Shown here in pieces: positions 1 to 12,631 of a stretch of 64,000 nt of DNA. How positions within the stretch are numbered: position 1 is the stretch's first letter; each line of letters begins with the position of its first letter. The DNA lies in contig CAVTET010000005.1 of assembly GCA_963733675.1 (NCBI GenBank), forward strand, positions 281,908 through 345,907, read 5' to 3'. The stretch comes from an uncultured Methanosarcinaceae archaeon (GTDB lineage: Archaea > Halobacteriota > Methanosarcinia > Methanosarcinales > Methanosarcinaceae). The notes under the pieces were generated by a model. The model saw nothing but the letters and a program-made list of their open reading frames with translations. It was not told the DNA's origin and ran no database searches. The position numbers and the translations under genes were made by a program.

Positions 1-788
1 TTAACACATTCAATAGCTTGTTTCACGTCAGAGTTTAAGGCTCCAAAATTTCCATTATTATATTCTCCGACTCCAGAATTAGCATAAACTGCTACCTTGT
101 TAGCCTGTACCATTGCTAACCGATATTCGGCCTTTGTGTCTTGTAAATCAGGCGATACATTGCACAAATCACTATTTTCGATAGCTTTCTGGCTATCTGT
201 ATACAAAATACCTGCATAAGTAGAAAGTGATGTGGTATCGTAGTTCTTTCCAGCAATAGTTAGATATTTCATATCATTATCCACTTGTTTCGTATCTGAT
301 ACACACGTTGTCGACCATTTAGAATCTTGATATTTTGTTGTTTCATGTATCGGTGTAGGAGTTGGCTTTGTAGCTTCTATTGGTGTTGTTGTCGGAGTTG
401 GTGTTGAAACTGAAGTTGGTGTAAGTTTAGATGGTACTGCTATTGTACTACCATTAACTTCTGACAGAGGTGCTATTATTACCCTGGCATTATTTGTATT
501 ATTATTTATTGCAGTAGGGGTCGCAGGGAATGCGGCAATTGTTACTATCACTAGACAAAACAAAAGAAAAAATATCATAAATCCAGGAATTGAAGTATTC
601 ATTCTCTTTTTCAATTGATTCGTAGCTAGAGGAATTGTTAAAATCGCTGCTAGAATAAAAAGCAGGCCTTCAATATAGCCATGTAAAATCATTGAGAATA
701 AACTCACGACAAAAAAGAAGGCTACGAAAGCGTAAAGAATAATACCAATAAATGGGGTATTTTTCAGCTCTTTTAAAACTCCATCCAC
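1..788 (-). CDS. Membrane-anchored protein with about 3 N-terminal TM helices and a Pro/Thr-rich linker; runs off the window start
   Basis: Manual translation from GTG 788 (GAAGGTG upstream): MDGVLKELKNTPFIGIILYAFVAFFFVVSLF...TPTSVSTPTPTTTPIEATKPTPTP...; no stop seen before position 1. Confidence 0.7.
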   Translation of the reverse strand, partial: MDGVLKELKNTPFIGIILYAFVAFFFVVSLFSMILHGYIEGLLFILAAILTIPLATNQLKKRMNTSIPGFMIFFLLFCLVIVTIAAFPATPTAINNNTNNARVIIAPLSEVNGSTIAVPSKLTPTSVSTPTPTTTPIEATKPTPTPIHETTKYQDSKWSTTCVSDTKQVDNDMKYLTIAGKNYDTTSLSTYAGILYTDSQKAIENSDLCNVSPDLQDTKAEYRLAMVQANKVAVYANSGVGEYNNGNFGALNSDVKQAIECV

Positions 789-1534
789 TTTTCCACCTTC
801 TAGTTACTTTGAGTATTTATCAATTCAAACTCAAAATTGTAATTTATATTGAGTTTATAAAGAATATGTAAAATATATCATAATTTAATATATATAAATA
901 TGAAAGAATCAATAGTCTTTATCTTTTGTTTTGCTCGATACATCTTCCTTATTTTTTAAGAACTTTCATTCCAGAGCTTATAGGAATGTACAAGTTTCGA
1001 TCGATTACATTCCAGCAAATGCAAAAAAATAGTGAGAAACACTGATGTAAAATCAATAAATCTCACTGAGATCTATTTAATTACGATAATAAGGTTGGAA
1101 CGTACATCTGAAGCAGCGGATAATCTACATTATAATCGTGAAAATGAGACAGTATTTAGTCTTAAACTAGCAAACATAAGATTAAATCGGACTGGAAAAT
1201 AAACTGATTTGTTTGAAATAGAAGAGGAAGGCTTTTGACTATACACTTAAGCTTGTGAGTTGGGTGATAGTGCAAAAATGGTGGTGAGAAGTTGACTTTG
1301 AGAACACACATATATTTACATTAAACATCTGCATCATTGAAAACAACAAGATATAAGCTTTGTAAGTAAAAAGTTGACTCTACTTTTTGTTTGTTGTGAT
1401 TAAATAAAGCGATACAGAGGCAATCAAAATTTACAGATTTTTATGTACATTACTATGAGAGCAGAGTTAACGTTCAAACTTTGAATCTATTACAGGTGTC
1501 AATACTCAATGATTGGCAAGGCCATCTCACTGTT

Positions 1535-2086
1535 TAAGGTAGATGAAGCTAATACAAACCTAAAGCTACAACTTCCTGTATTCCTTTTCAGGTTGTTGAG
1601 GATTGCCTCATTTTCGTCGAAATTCACATTTTTAGGTTGAATTTGTAGCAATTTTTCTCTTCTAGCACAAATTTCATAAAAAATAGCAATTATAGCTCGA
1701 TCTCTGGAACTTAGATATGAATCACTTAGTTTTTCAAATTTTTTCTCTGATCAGATGTCTGCAGGGATTCCCCATTTTTTAAATTTCCACAACTTTATTA
1801 CGGCTCAGAACGATTTACAAAGGTAGAATTTCTTTAAAATCATTTGGATTTTTTTGTTTTGCACTGGGCGGGTATTTAACGGCCTTACCAGCTTTGACGT
1901 ATGTATAAACAAGTATAAAATCTAGATAATCGTAAGTAACATCTGGAGTAGATCCCTAAATTATCTTATCAACACCATTCTATGAAACAGTAGAAGGGTA
2001 ATTCCAGCAGTTGCGATTGTTACTTATTCCAGTCCATCTGCTTAATATTTCCTCGAATAATCTTTTGAGATTTTTGAATCACTCAT
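1535..2086 (-). pseudogene. Degenerate tyrosine recombinase/integrase fragment
   Basis: Manual translation ...RDRAIIAIFYEICARREKLLQIQPKNVNFDENEAIL...NTG... resembles the Xer-type box I region (RDRA..LY.SGAR..EL..L...V.FD); stops and frameshifts around it. Confidence 0.6.
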
Positions 2087-2544
2087 GCTAAATTAATAGA
2101 ATTAATCTTAGATAAACAATAAACGTTTTTATGGTAGTTTTCTGTAAACTATATATATTTCCACAACTGCAAAACGAAAAAAGGGCAGAAAGGAAGGTCA
2201 AATAAGAATGAAAATCTGTCATTCACTATGGTGAAGTGCAAAAGTTGCTATGAATAAAGAAATTAAACTGAATAGAAAAGGATGGCATTGAAGGTTAAAT
2301 ACTTGCAAGCAATTACTCAATATTGATGCTGAAAAGATGATGAAATACTCCAAAAACAAAAGTAATGTGGAGAAAAAGCTTAGGCTTTTAAAGATAAAAG
2401 TTCAAGATCTCCGAGATTGAATTAAAGCTCCAATTCAACCGCCAAGGAGTTCCTAATATCGGTCTAATTAGAACAGAATAATAGATACTTTTCTATCTCA
2501 GATATCCTGGTAGATACACAAATATTTAATATAAATTTATGAGC

Positions 2545-2721
2545 TCATTGAGCCCATAAGGCAATTATTTTATCGATAGCTACATGTGTAAATTTTCCTT
2601 CGTTATTGAGAGTAAGAACATTATCAGCACAAGCTTCAATGGTTCCCCTGAAAACATCCGGCCCGCCACAATAAACATCTACAGCCTTGTTGAGATAATG
2701 TTCTACTATAAAGGATTGCAT
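2545..2721 (-). CDS. 58-aa MM0924-family-like small protein (Sm-like fold suspected)
   Basis: MQSFIVEHYLNKAVDVYCGGPDVFRGTIEACADNVLTLNNEGKFTHVAIDKIIALWAQ*, with GGAGGT RBS upstream; below the ORF-track cutoff. Confidence 0.8.
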   Translation of the reverse strand: MQSFIVEHYLNKAVDVYCGGPDVFRGTIEACADNVLTLNNEGKFTHVAIDKIIALWAQ

Positions 2722-3554
2722 CAAGTTCCTTACCTCCGTTTCTTTATTGCCCGGTTATTAACATATTTGTTTTGCTGACACACACCAGCTTAAAATCTGC
2801 AGGTTTTTGCCTAATTGTAACTATTCACTCTTTTCTTATAAATATATTTAAGAATTAAAGCTGATTTTCATGATTCTATTCGAAGATGCATTAAAAGAAA
2901 ATTCAATATTTCTTAAATTTTCACTTCCTTATAACCGAAGCTATCATATACAGTTATACTTAATGTGAAGATCAAAATATATTGTTTTCATCATATGATT
3001 TTGGACGTAATCACAAAATTGAATCAAAACAAATATAGTCTATTGAGGCTGTTTTACAACCTCTAAGAGACTGTGCAAATATCAAAATCAAGGGTTCACT
3101 TACAGTGAGGATATTTTTTGTACAGTTGGGAGAATATCAGGAAACAAGAATTAAGTTCACTTCGTATCAAAAGATTTATACTCATAATATCTAGTGCACA
3201 AAATACCCATGCGCAACAAGCTTAAAAAAACTAAACATTTTAAACATTGAAGAAATTGTCCAATCGAATGAAACTATTCTTATTCAAGACAAATAATAAT
3301 TCGAAAAATAAATAAGAGTTATGATTTATCCGTTGATTAATCCAATAATCCTTATTGCGGAAAAAAGATCAATTTTATGCAAAATACGCAATACTTGGCC
3401 AGGCTAAAAAAGGGACAAGTTTTTCAGTCATATTTCCCTTTATATCACTAGCAAAAGCTAAAGGTATAATACGTCTCTATTCCGGTAGAAAAACGGGAAT
3501 AGAAGTTGAATATCTATATTTTATAACTTAATTGAAGCCTCGGCTTCGAAAATA

Positions 3555-3646
3555 AGCGAATCTCGATAAAACTCTGATCAGCAAACGTAATTTATACACT
3601 ATTCAGATGCACATGAAGAAATTTAGGAGTCTGTCGAAATTCTCTA
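3555..3646. repeat. About 90-bp MITE-like element with imperfect AGAGRATTTCGATAAAC-type terminal inverted repeats
   Basis: gcgaatctcgataaaactctga ... aggagtctgtcgaaattctct; related paired copies at 53208-53300 and 60910-61000. Confidence 0.45.
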
Positions 3647-3689
3647 TAATTTTACTATTTTCCTTCACAACTATATTACCATAAGAATA

Positions 3690-4886
3690 TTATGGAATAA
3701 TATCGTTGCAGACCTCCAAAATCTTTCTAGCAACACTATTCCAACTGTGATTTTCAACGACATACTTGCGACCTTTTTCTCCCAAGGTAGCTCGAGTACT
3801 CTCATCGGAAATTAATCCTAATATGGCGGTTGCAAGTTCCCCAGGATTTTCTGGATTCACAGTGATTCCTCCTCCCGAAAACTCAATTAAATCTTTAACA
3901 CCTGGAATACTACTTGCTACCATCGGCTTTCCACAGGCAAGATATTCGTATGTTTTCAAAGCTGAAAGCCCTATTTTCGAGTTCCTTTTTTTAATAAAAG
4001 GTGCAACACAGATCTCAGACGCATTTATGTATAGAGGAACACTTTCGTAAGGAACCCTCCCAGTGAAGATGAACTTATCAGAAAGCCGTAATTCGGAAGT
4101 TATTTTGAGTAATTTATTTTTCATAACCCCATCACCAACAACTAGAAAACGAACTTCAGGGTGTTTTTCTAGAATTAAAGGAGATGCATAAATCAGGAAC
4201 TCAACACCTTGCCAGGCTGCAAGGTGCCCGACAAAGCATATATATTTTTTTGAATTTTCTAACCCAAGTTCTTTTTTTGCTTGTTCTTGGTCCATAGGCT
4301 TGAATAAATCGGTATTTGCACCATTATTGATAACAAAGATCTTATCCTGAGGTATAGAATACAATCTAACAATTTCATCTCTGAGTTTATCTGTAACAGA
4401 AACTATTCTGTCACAATACTTGTAATTGAGTTTTTCAGAATGGAGTGCAAGATAAGAAAAAACCTTGTATGCAAATGATTTGGAATTCGTATTTACTTCT
4501 AACTCATCTAAAACTAGTCCGTTGACTTCCACAACTAAAGGAATTTTCAAAATTTTACATATGAACATAGGCAAGAACGGGAAAGAATTCTGGCGGAGAT
4601 AAAGTATATCAGGCCTATTCTTGATACACGAATAAAGAAGATAAAATGAGAGCATAATTTCGTAAGATGGCTGTATGAGATACTTATTGTTTATTACAGG
4701 CACGTACTTTATTCCGGAAATAGCACGATTTTCACCCTTTGGATCAGGAGCGAAAAGGACTATATTCGTATATATTTTAAAATTCTTGAGGAGCTCAAGT
4801 ACATGTATATTTGAACCTGATTTAATATTGAAGGATCCGTAAAAAACTAAAAAAATATTATTTACTTTTTTGAACATAGTTTCCAT
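3690..4886 (-). CDS. GT4-family glycosyltransferase
   Basis: GT-B features: INNGAN, FVGHLAAWQG, LKTYEYLACGKPMVAS. Confidence 0.92.
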   Translation of the reverse strand: METMFKKVNNIFLVFYGSFNIKSGSNIHVLELLKNFKIYTNIVLFAPDPKGENRAISGIKYVPVINNKYLIQPSYEIMLSFYLLYSCIKNRPDILYLRQNSFPFLPMFICKILKIPLVVEVNGLVLDELEVNTNSKSFAYKVFSYLALHSEKLNYKYCDRIVSVTDKLRDEIVRLYSIPQDKIFVINNGANTDLFKPMDQEQAKKELGLENSKKYICFVGHLAAWQGVEFLIYASPLILEKHPEVRFLVVGDGVMKNKLLKITSELRLSDKFIFTGRVPYESVPLYINASEICVAPFIKKRNSKIGLSALKTYEYLACGKPMVASSIPGVKDLIEFSGGGITVNPENPGELATAILGLISDESTRATLGEKGRKYVVENHSWNSVARKILEVCNDIIP

Positions 4887-5170
4887 TACCAGAATGACAA
4901 AAGTAGTTAATTAGTTTTATCCCATCATTTTGTGGGGTATTTTAATAACTCTTTGATTCATGGGCCGCTTATATACTCAAAATAAACATGTAACGAAATT
5001 TAGGAGTTTATCGAAATACATCATATGTCATTTTTCTTAAATTAGGAAAGTGGTTTAATACCGATCTTGAAAACGATAATTTAATCCACTTTTAGGAGAT
5101 GTATTATATAGGATTAACTCTCTTGTTTTTCTGTTTTTAGCCTGTCCGAAGCGAAAAAAGGTAAAAAGCT

Positions 5171-6370
5171 ATGAAAATACTAGAAGTATGTCAGGAATTT
5201 CCTAACAGGTATTATCCTCAACTTGGGACATTCATAAAACAAAGTATTGATTCAATTGCAAAACAGAAAGTAAACGTTACTGTTGTTTCCCCAAAACCTA
5301 TTGTGATCCCTTTTTCTGCATTTCCATATCATAATTTTTCCAAACTACCGCAGATTGAGCACACTGAAAAATACGATTTGCACTATCCACGCTATTTATA
5401 CATAGTTCCTAAAAAGTATTTTTACCCCCTAACAGGAATCTCATATGCTTATTTCATATCCAGATACGCAATTAAAAACATAAAACCAAAACCTGATCTT
5501 CTCCATGCACACTTTTCATATCCTGATGGATTTGGGATGATAGGGCTTGCAAAGAAATGGAAGGTTCCTTTTGTAATAAGTGCACTAGGCACGTTAGAAA
5601 GGAAAGTAGCATATGAGGGATCCTACACCTCAAGGCAAATATTTGAGGCTATGAATTGTGCGGATAAGGTTCTTTCTGTCAGTGAAGACCTAAAAAATCA
5701 TATAGTAAATCTTGGAATAAGCGAAGATAAGGTCAGCGTGGTTCCAAACGGCGTTGATATAGAGAGGTTCAAGCCCGCAGGAAAAGAGTATGCAAGAAAT
5801 ATGTTAAATTTACCTCAAGATAAAAAAATTGTTCTGTTTGTGGGAGCCCTAAAAAAAATTAAAGGTGTAGACTACCTTATTGAGGCTGCGAAAAGTTTTC
5901 TGGACACTAATATTAGTCTTTATATGGTTGGTAGGGATGATGGCATGAAAAAAAGCCTGGAAAAAAGAGCACATGAGCTCAAAATTGACAATTATATTAA
6001 ATTTACCGGGCCCGTAAACCATGAAGACATTCCTCTTTGGCTCTCAGCCTCGGACATACTGGTGCTTCCATCCCTTTCCGAGGGTAGACCAAATGTAATA
6101 CTTGAAGCCTTTGCCTGTGAAGTTCCAGTAGTAGCAACAAATGTAGGCGGGGTTCCTGAATTAATGATCAACGGGGAAACAGGATATATAGTGCCTGCAA
6201 AAAATCAGATGGAGTTGTCTGAAAAAGTTAATAAGCTGCTTGTAGATAGAAACATTAGAATAAAAATGGGCAAATTCGGACGAATGACCATAATCCAGCG
6301 TGGACTTACCTGGGAAACCCACGCAAAAAAGACTATTAAAATATACTCGAAGCTTTTAACGAGTAGTTAA
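5171..6370 (+). CDS. GT4-family glycosyltransferase (TuaC-like)
   Basis: HAHFSYPDG, VPNGVD, KG, EGRPNVILEAFACEVPVV (EX7E motif). Confidence 0.93.
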   Translation: MKILEVCQEFPNRYYPQLGTFIKQSIDSIAKQKVNVTVVSPKPIVIPFSAFPYHNFSKLPQIEHTEKYDLHYPRYLYIVPKKYFYPLTGISYAYFISRYAIKNIKPKPDLLHAHFSYPDGFGMIGLAKKWKVPFVISALGTLERKVAYEGSYTSRQIFEAMNCADKVLSVSEDLKNHIVNLGISEDKVSVVPNGVDIERFKPAGKEYARNMLNLPQDKKIVLFVGALKKIKGVDYLIEAAKSFLDTNISLYMVGRDDGMKKSLEKRAHELKIDNYIKFTGPVNHEDIPLWLSASDILVLPSLSEGRPNVILEAFACEVPVVATNVGGVPELMINGETGYIVPAKNQMELSEKVNKLLVDRNIRIKMGKFGRMTIIQRGLTWETHAKKTIKIYSKLLTSS

Positions 6371-8759
6371 AGTGAAGTTTAAAGTTTTTGTACTTCTAAT
6401 GTAACTATTTGCACGTAGTTAAAGGCATTCCTTTGAGCAACGCTAAAATGCATTCTAAAACAGATAAAACTATTTTTCCCAAGTAGTAGGAATATGGGCT
6501 CTAATTATGTAGGCAGCTTCCGTTTTGTGTGTAGTTATGAAGGTACTCTGTATTTTTCTTGCGTATTTTTCAGCATTTTTATACCTTTTTCTGTTTAGTT
6601 ATCTTCCACATGGGAGCCAAAAATATGTAGGAATCTCAGAATATTTTTTGACATATGGCCCTTCCAAAAAATTCCTTGCTTTTAATGCCGTTTTAATTTA
6701 TCCTCACTGTAGTAATCTTAAATTTTTCATTTTTTGTATATATTTTTTACTCAATAATTCATGTAATAAGACATATAATTCCGATCTAGAAGCTCTTCAA
6801 ATAAAAGTATTAATCAGATTATAAAAGCCTCGCAAAATTTTCGTAAGAAAAGTTCCAAATAATATAGACCCTAATCAGAGAAATATATCATAGTGCTGGA
6901 GTTAGGCTTCAGCCTTTCTGGATCGTATAAAACATCTTGACTATAAAATCGGAACTTTAGAGAGATAAATTTTTAATTAAGCTTATGAAAAACATAACAG
7001 CAAAATGGAAATTTCAATGTAGATTTCGGTGATTAGAGTAATTGATGCAGCTACAATATGCTGAAAAACACTCTCAAACATTTTCTTTAGAAAATAAATT
7101 TGCTTAACTGCTTAGAATTTTTCTGATGCGTACCAATTTGCGGATAAATTTTACAACTAAGAATCACAACAGGCAAACTTAAAGGTATAAAGATGGACTC
7201 GGAATCAGATTGATTAAGCAGCAGCAGGGAAAAAATGTCAAATAAAAAAAGTTTTTTACCCGAACGGAAAACTCAATTTGACATCTAAAGCCAATTATTG
7301 CTCTTGTGATTAAACGAACACGTAGGTGATTTAACTATCTCAATTCTCAGTTTGATATACAACTTCTATCTGGACTAAAATCTCATTTATTTGTCAAATA
7401 TTATTTACCAGCCTCCAAAAATTCTATCAAAATTATTTGGATTTGTAAGTTTCCAAACAAATCTTTGGAAAAGGAGAATTAGTATATATTTTTCTCACAT
7501 TTTAGCATTTTTGCACTCTAATTTTTCGTGCACTTTTTGATATTTTTAGTTTATCCACATAATTTTTCATATTTAATGTTTAAAATTAGAACAAAAATTG
7601 AAAAATAAAGATTATGACAAAGAATTATCGTTCAAATTGAATTATATAAAATGAATCAAAAATTTGTTGACTATGATGTTACTTCTTTATTTCGATATAT
7701 TATAAAAAATCGATTTTCAATTGCATCCTTGATTCATTGATCAAATTTGAAAAATTAGCATACCTTCTATTAATTAGGGAAATGTTGGGAAGAGATTAAG
7801 TTAACTATTTTCAGTAATTTATGTACAAAACCAGATTTTCCCGATGTGGAAGTAGTGAGATTTCATTAAACTTTTTTGACCCTATGAGGATTTCTATAAA
7901 CCTCTGATTTTTCACGACTCTTAAATAGAGTACTTATAAGCCCACTACACAAAATATGATTTATAGAAATCATCTATACCGTTACTTTGATGAATGGATT
8001 ATTTTAATATAAACAACGATACACAAATTTTGAAAAACGCTTAGGAATCAGCTTTTAAAGACTAAAAGATGGAACATTTTTGTAAAGGACATCGAGAGAT
8101 GAAGCTAAAAAAAGTATAACTGGGATTTGATTCATCAAACATTATTTGTGATAGTACTGCTGTAGGGTAGGCATCCATGATGCTTAAGTCGAATACCGAA
8201 TATTTCTAGTAAAAGTTTATGAAGTTTATCGGCCGCATAAGAACGAAAAATATTTAACAGTTTTTTGATCCTTGTTTACACTGGAAATGATTCAAAGAAA
8301 AACTTTGATATTCTTAATTTAATTCAATTTCTGCAGATGTATCCAAGAATACTATTTATTCTCTCAATATGATAGCAGCTTAAAAATTAATGTAACTTTT
8401 GATGAATAAGGATGGGTAAATGAAAAAACAAATTATAGTATGTGTGTATCTGTGAAATTAATTATTTAGCATAATACAGAGGATTTCGATAAACTACAAT
8501 ATTCTATCATCTGCTTAACAGGGATATATAGATGATTCATCAACGCAGTGTTTATCAAAATCAGCTCTATTTTACTCCAGCTGTTCTAGATTGTAACGCA
8601 TATGAATATTACTGGAAGATGAAATAAATATTAGCTTCGAGAAAATCATTTAAAAATGTTAAAATATTTTAAGAAGGAAAATGATGATTTGGCGGAAAAA
8701 TTTAAAATATATATAAATATCTTGTTATTTAAATACTAACTTTAGTTGAACCTTTTCCT

Positions 8760-9080
8760 CTACCAGCCCTTTCTATATTTCTTTGGAAGCTTTTGTTCTT
8801 TATCTGTATCTTTTCTTATTCTTTCCGATCTTTTAGTTTTGTTTGCTTCAGCAGTTATGATTTTCGAAATAGTTGGACTTTCAGATCCTTGTTTTGATTT
8901 TTGATTCATTTTGCTTATAGATGTTGAAAAAGAAGAAGGACTCTTCTCTTCTTCGGTCTCTTTTTTTATAAACTTTTTCATGCCATAAATTACTTTATTC
9001 AGTGGATTACTCCATTTAGTAGAGTTCTTCTCATCATTAGGATTATTAGCAACCATAGCTGTACCCTTTTTCACTCTCAT
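8760..9080 (-). CDS. Hypothetical Lys/Ser-rich low-complexity protein
   Basis: 106-aa ORF only; no recognisable family; ends in TAG. Confidence 0.3.
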   Translation of the reverse strand: MRVKKGTAMVANNPNDEKNSTKWSNPLNKVIYGMKKFIKKETEEEKSPSSFSTSISKMNQKSKQGSESPTISKIITAEANKTKRSERIRKDTDKEQKLPKKYRKGW

Positions 9081-9564
9081 TATATTTATCTGTAAGTTTA
9101 ATGATTAGTAGAGTAAAAATGATAACTTTAGTTAAAAAAGTTTCTAAACTCAATTCCAATTTAAGAGATTTTCTAATATATCTGGAATCGCAAAAATTTA
9201 TCTTTTTCTGCATTCTGTGATTGTAGAGAATTCCAAAAAAAATTATGCATTTTAACTCCTCAATTCTCATATAAATTCTCTGAATTCTCTACACTATGAT
9301 ATATGTTGCATCTTTAATGGTGACAAAATAAGTTCTAGTGAACTCATAATTAATTACATTTTTAAAAATCAATGAGATCTTCAAAGTAGTTATCCTGTTG
9401 GAATCACTCAAATTTCTATAAAAACTAAAAAAGCTGAAAAAATGATTCCTTATTTCCTTTTTCCCATGTTTTTGTGCTTTCTAGAGTTAAATGATCTCAA
9501 AGAAAGTCTGACTTAAGTCTCTTGAATCTTATTTAAATTAATGTTTTTTAAAGTCATCTCACCA

Positions 9565-10753
9565 CTACTTCACCAATACTCTACGGTAAACATCTAATTC
9601 AGTTTTTATTCTTTCATCCCAGTTTCTCGTAGTTACTATAGTTTTTCTTGCATTCATTCCTATTTTCTTCCTCAGTTCCTCATTATTATACAAAATTAGA
9701 ATATTGTCTGCAAAACTATCAATGGCACCAGATTTGGCTAAAAGTCCATTTTCCATATGTTTTATGAGATTTCGTGTTGTCCCACTATCAAATGCTATTA
9801 CTGGCTTTTCACAAGCCATCGCTTCTTGTACGGAACGATTCATATTACTATAAAGACTTGTAGCGATAACAACATCAGAAATTGAAAGATATTCTATAAT
9901 TTCACTTAGTGAGAGTCCACCAAGAAACCTTACTTTATTATCCACTTTAAGCTCTTTTGACAAATTTATTGGTGAGTCTTTTAGGGGTCCATGGCCAGCA
10001 ATCAGCAGATATGATTTTTTTGAAGCAGATGAATCAAGAAATAATTTAAATGATTTGATGGCCAAATCAATGCTTTTAACAGATTCCAGAGAGCTTGTCG
10101 ATAGAATAATAAAACTCGAGTGTTCAACTGATAATTTATCGATTAGTGATTTATTTTTGTCTATGGGTCTGTAAAGTTCCGTGTCAATTCCATGATAAAT
10201 GGGGATAACTTTATTACCCCACGATTTTTTTAAATTTGTTGATACTAGACGATCAGTCGTCTAGTACAATAGATGCATTTGGCTTGCACAATTTTGCTAA
10301 TACTGTTTCATATATATCGGCGGTTTTCGAATATGCAGCACCTGATCCATGAAGCATGCCTACTACAGGAACTCCTAATATTTTCCCAATAATTGTGCAG
10401 TAAACAACATTAGAAATACCATGAGCATGGATAATATCTGGCCGCTCCAATTTTTTTAGTGTTGAATATACACTAATCGAATATAGTAAATCAATCAACG
10501 GCAAGATTGGTATTATTTTTATAAATTTCAACGACAAAACTCTTGTCCTTATAATTTTTATCCCAAAATTCTCATCAAACTCTCTACAACTATCACCTAA
10601 ATTTGGTGCAATTATAATTTGATCTTTCAAATAGGAATTTATTTTTGTGGATAGTTCTTGAATATGTGTTGCTGAACCTCCTATGAAAGGATAAAATTGA
10701 TATACTACTCTGGCGACACAAATTTCTGGTGCTAATTGCTCTGTTGAATTCAT
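9565..10753 (-). pseudogene. GT4 glycosyltransferase, split
   Basis: N-half 10253-10753 (FYPFIGG, IHAHG) ends at a TGA, followed by a frameshift in an A-run; the frame resumes WGNKVIPIYHGIDTELY... into ORF 9565-10065 (EAMACEKPVI). Confidence 0.85.
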
Positions 10754-11259
10754 AATTTCTCCTTTTAACGCCCTTCAAAAATTTAGTTTGGTCTAGGAGT
10801 TGCTGAACATAGCAAACAAAATATTTTGTTATGAATTTCACATAAAATGAGAGTGTTCCCGTTTTTCGAATTTTGTCGATCAATTACTAAAAATGGCTTT
10901 ACATGGTTCAATTTGTTTCAAACATTTAAATGATACTGATAACGTTAAACATCAATTTAATTAAAAATAATATACAGTATATCTTTTATAAACTTTCCTA
11001 TTTTATTAATTCAGTTTGTTAACATTTTTGTGCTTTCCTAATATAGAACTTGCACAATTGAACTAAAATTATTTGATCTGAATCTTATAAATTATAATAT
11101 AGGGAAGCCTGTCCACACCTACCAATATTATAATAAAAAATATACTGTTCTCAAGTATTTAGGTTCTAAGAACACGAAAGACTGAAAAAATTGACCTCAG
11201 TACTTAGTCTTTTCTCAAATACTCATTATACCTTACTTTAAAAATTATTTTTTTAAACC

Positions 11260-11760
11260 TTACCTGCTTAAAAGTCTATTTTTTGAGTAAGTACTTAATC
11301 TCTTGATAGTTTCCTTGATGGATATTCCTATGTACTGTTGTGGAGCTAGTCCAGCCAATGCTTTTGCCCGATCAGATTCATCCTTAATCTGAATTGTTGC
11401 ATCCATTGCCTCTTTCATCATTGATTCAGGCAGGTGTGGAGCTAGTCCAGTCAATGCTTTTGTCTTATAGTATTCATCCTTAATTTGAGTTGCTGCATCC
11501 ATTGCTCCTTTCCTTATGGATGCAGGTAGGTGCGGAGCTAGAAAAGCAAATGCTTCTACCCTAGGGTCTTCATACTTAATTCGAGTTGCTGCGTCCAGAG
11601 CCTCTTTTAGTGCCTCTTTAATCATGGATTCAGGCAGGTTCGGAAACTGATTTTCAAATTTTTCTGATATTAGTATGCAATATAGCTCATCACCAGTTTT
11701 TTGTAAGTATTTTTCAAGTTCATCTTTATCCACACCTATGTCTTTATTATCAAAAAACAT
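11260..11760 (-). CDS. Helical-repeat protein fragment (ALxxLAPHLPE...DAAxxIKDE repeats), probably a truncated remnant
   Basis: Three roughly 34-aa imperfect repeats of the type seen at the C-terminus of NB-ARC/NACHT-associated proteins. Confidence 0.5.
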   Translation of the reverse strand: MFFDNKDIGVDKDELEKYLQKTGDELYCILISEKFENQFPNLPESMIKEALKEALDAATRIKYEDPRVEAFAFLAPHLPASIRKGAMDAATQIKDEYYKTKALTGLAPHLPESMMKEAMDATIQIKDESDRAKALAGLAPQQYIGISIKETIKRLSTYSKNRLLSR

Positions 11761-12204
11761 TCATATAATTAGTAAAATTTTAAATAAGTAATAAAAGGCT
11801 CTGTACATACTTACACTATTTTAAACTCAATTCTTAAATTAAGTTAAATATATTTTGGGCTTTTCCATAACTATCAGCTGAGTGTCACGCAAGAAAAGCT
11901 CTAGCTAAAGCAATTTATTGAAATTCCACGATTACTTAACTTTATACCATTGCCAAATTATTTCTCGAGAATTGTTTTATAGTCATATCTAGGCGATCGA
12001 TAATTGAATCTGCTCCTGAAAATTTTACGGCATGTTATATATTTCTCATATCAATGAACATATCAATATTTTAGATTCAAATATTCTCTTTTGGGGAAAA
12101 GTAAGGCGTTGCGGTTATTTTGCAAAGTTAGGCTACAATTACCTCAGAGGATAAAATTAATCTGAAGGCAGCTCTATTAAGGAAAAATGAAATTCCGATT
12201 AAAA

Positions 12205-12590
12205 GTTAAACTATTGAACTCTTTACTTTCTCTAACTTGAACGAACTTTGCTAAAATTTTTTTTCTAATTTCATCTTCGTCTTTGACAATTATCACCACA
12301 TTTTCTTTTTAGTTTCTGAAATTGTATTAATTTTCCTATACCTACGCCTTCCGTAATCATTAGGGAACCGTCTCTCCAAAATCCACATGCAAATCTGGCA
12401 GTTTCTTTTATCAGCTGCATTATTCAACCGCTGTAAACATTTTAAAGCTCCTTCTGCATTGTATTTTTTGATATGCTTATAGAACTCAAAATATTCTCAA
12501 GATGATGAATTTTTCCCTTTATTCATCCAGTCATTGAAAGTCTGATACGTTATTCTGCTGATGCTGCTGCTAAAGCATAAACAAGTCCAA
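12205..12590 (-). pseudogene. Terminase-small-subunit-like HTH protein relic, copy 1
   Basis: Manual translation GLVYALAA...ITYQTFNDWMNKGK...NAEGALKCLQRLNNAA...CQICMWILERRFPNDYGRR, with stop and frameshifts; homologous to 27470-27680. Confidence 0.55.
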
Positions 12591-12631
12591 TAAAGAAACA
12601 TCTAATGATAGCTATTTTCATACTAAATTTC

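Noticed and set aside
6400-8750. 2.3-kb gene-poor AT-rich stretch including ORF 6525-6824
   Set aside because: No recognisable motifs, repeats or RNA structure; probably eroded DNA.
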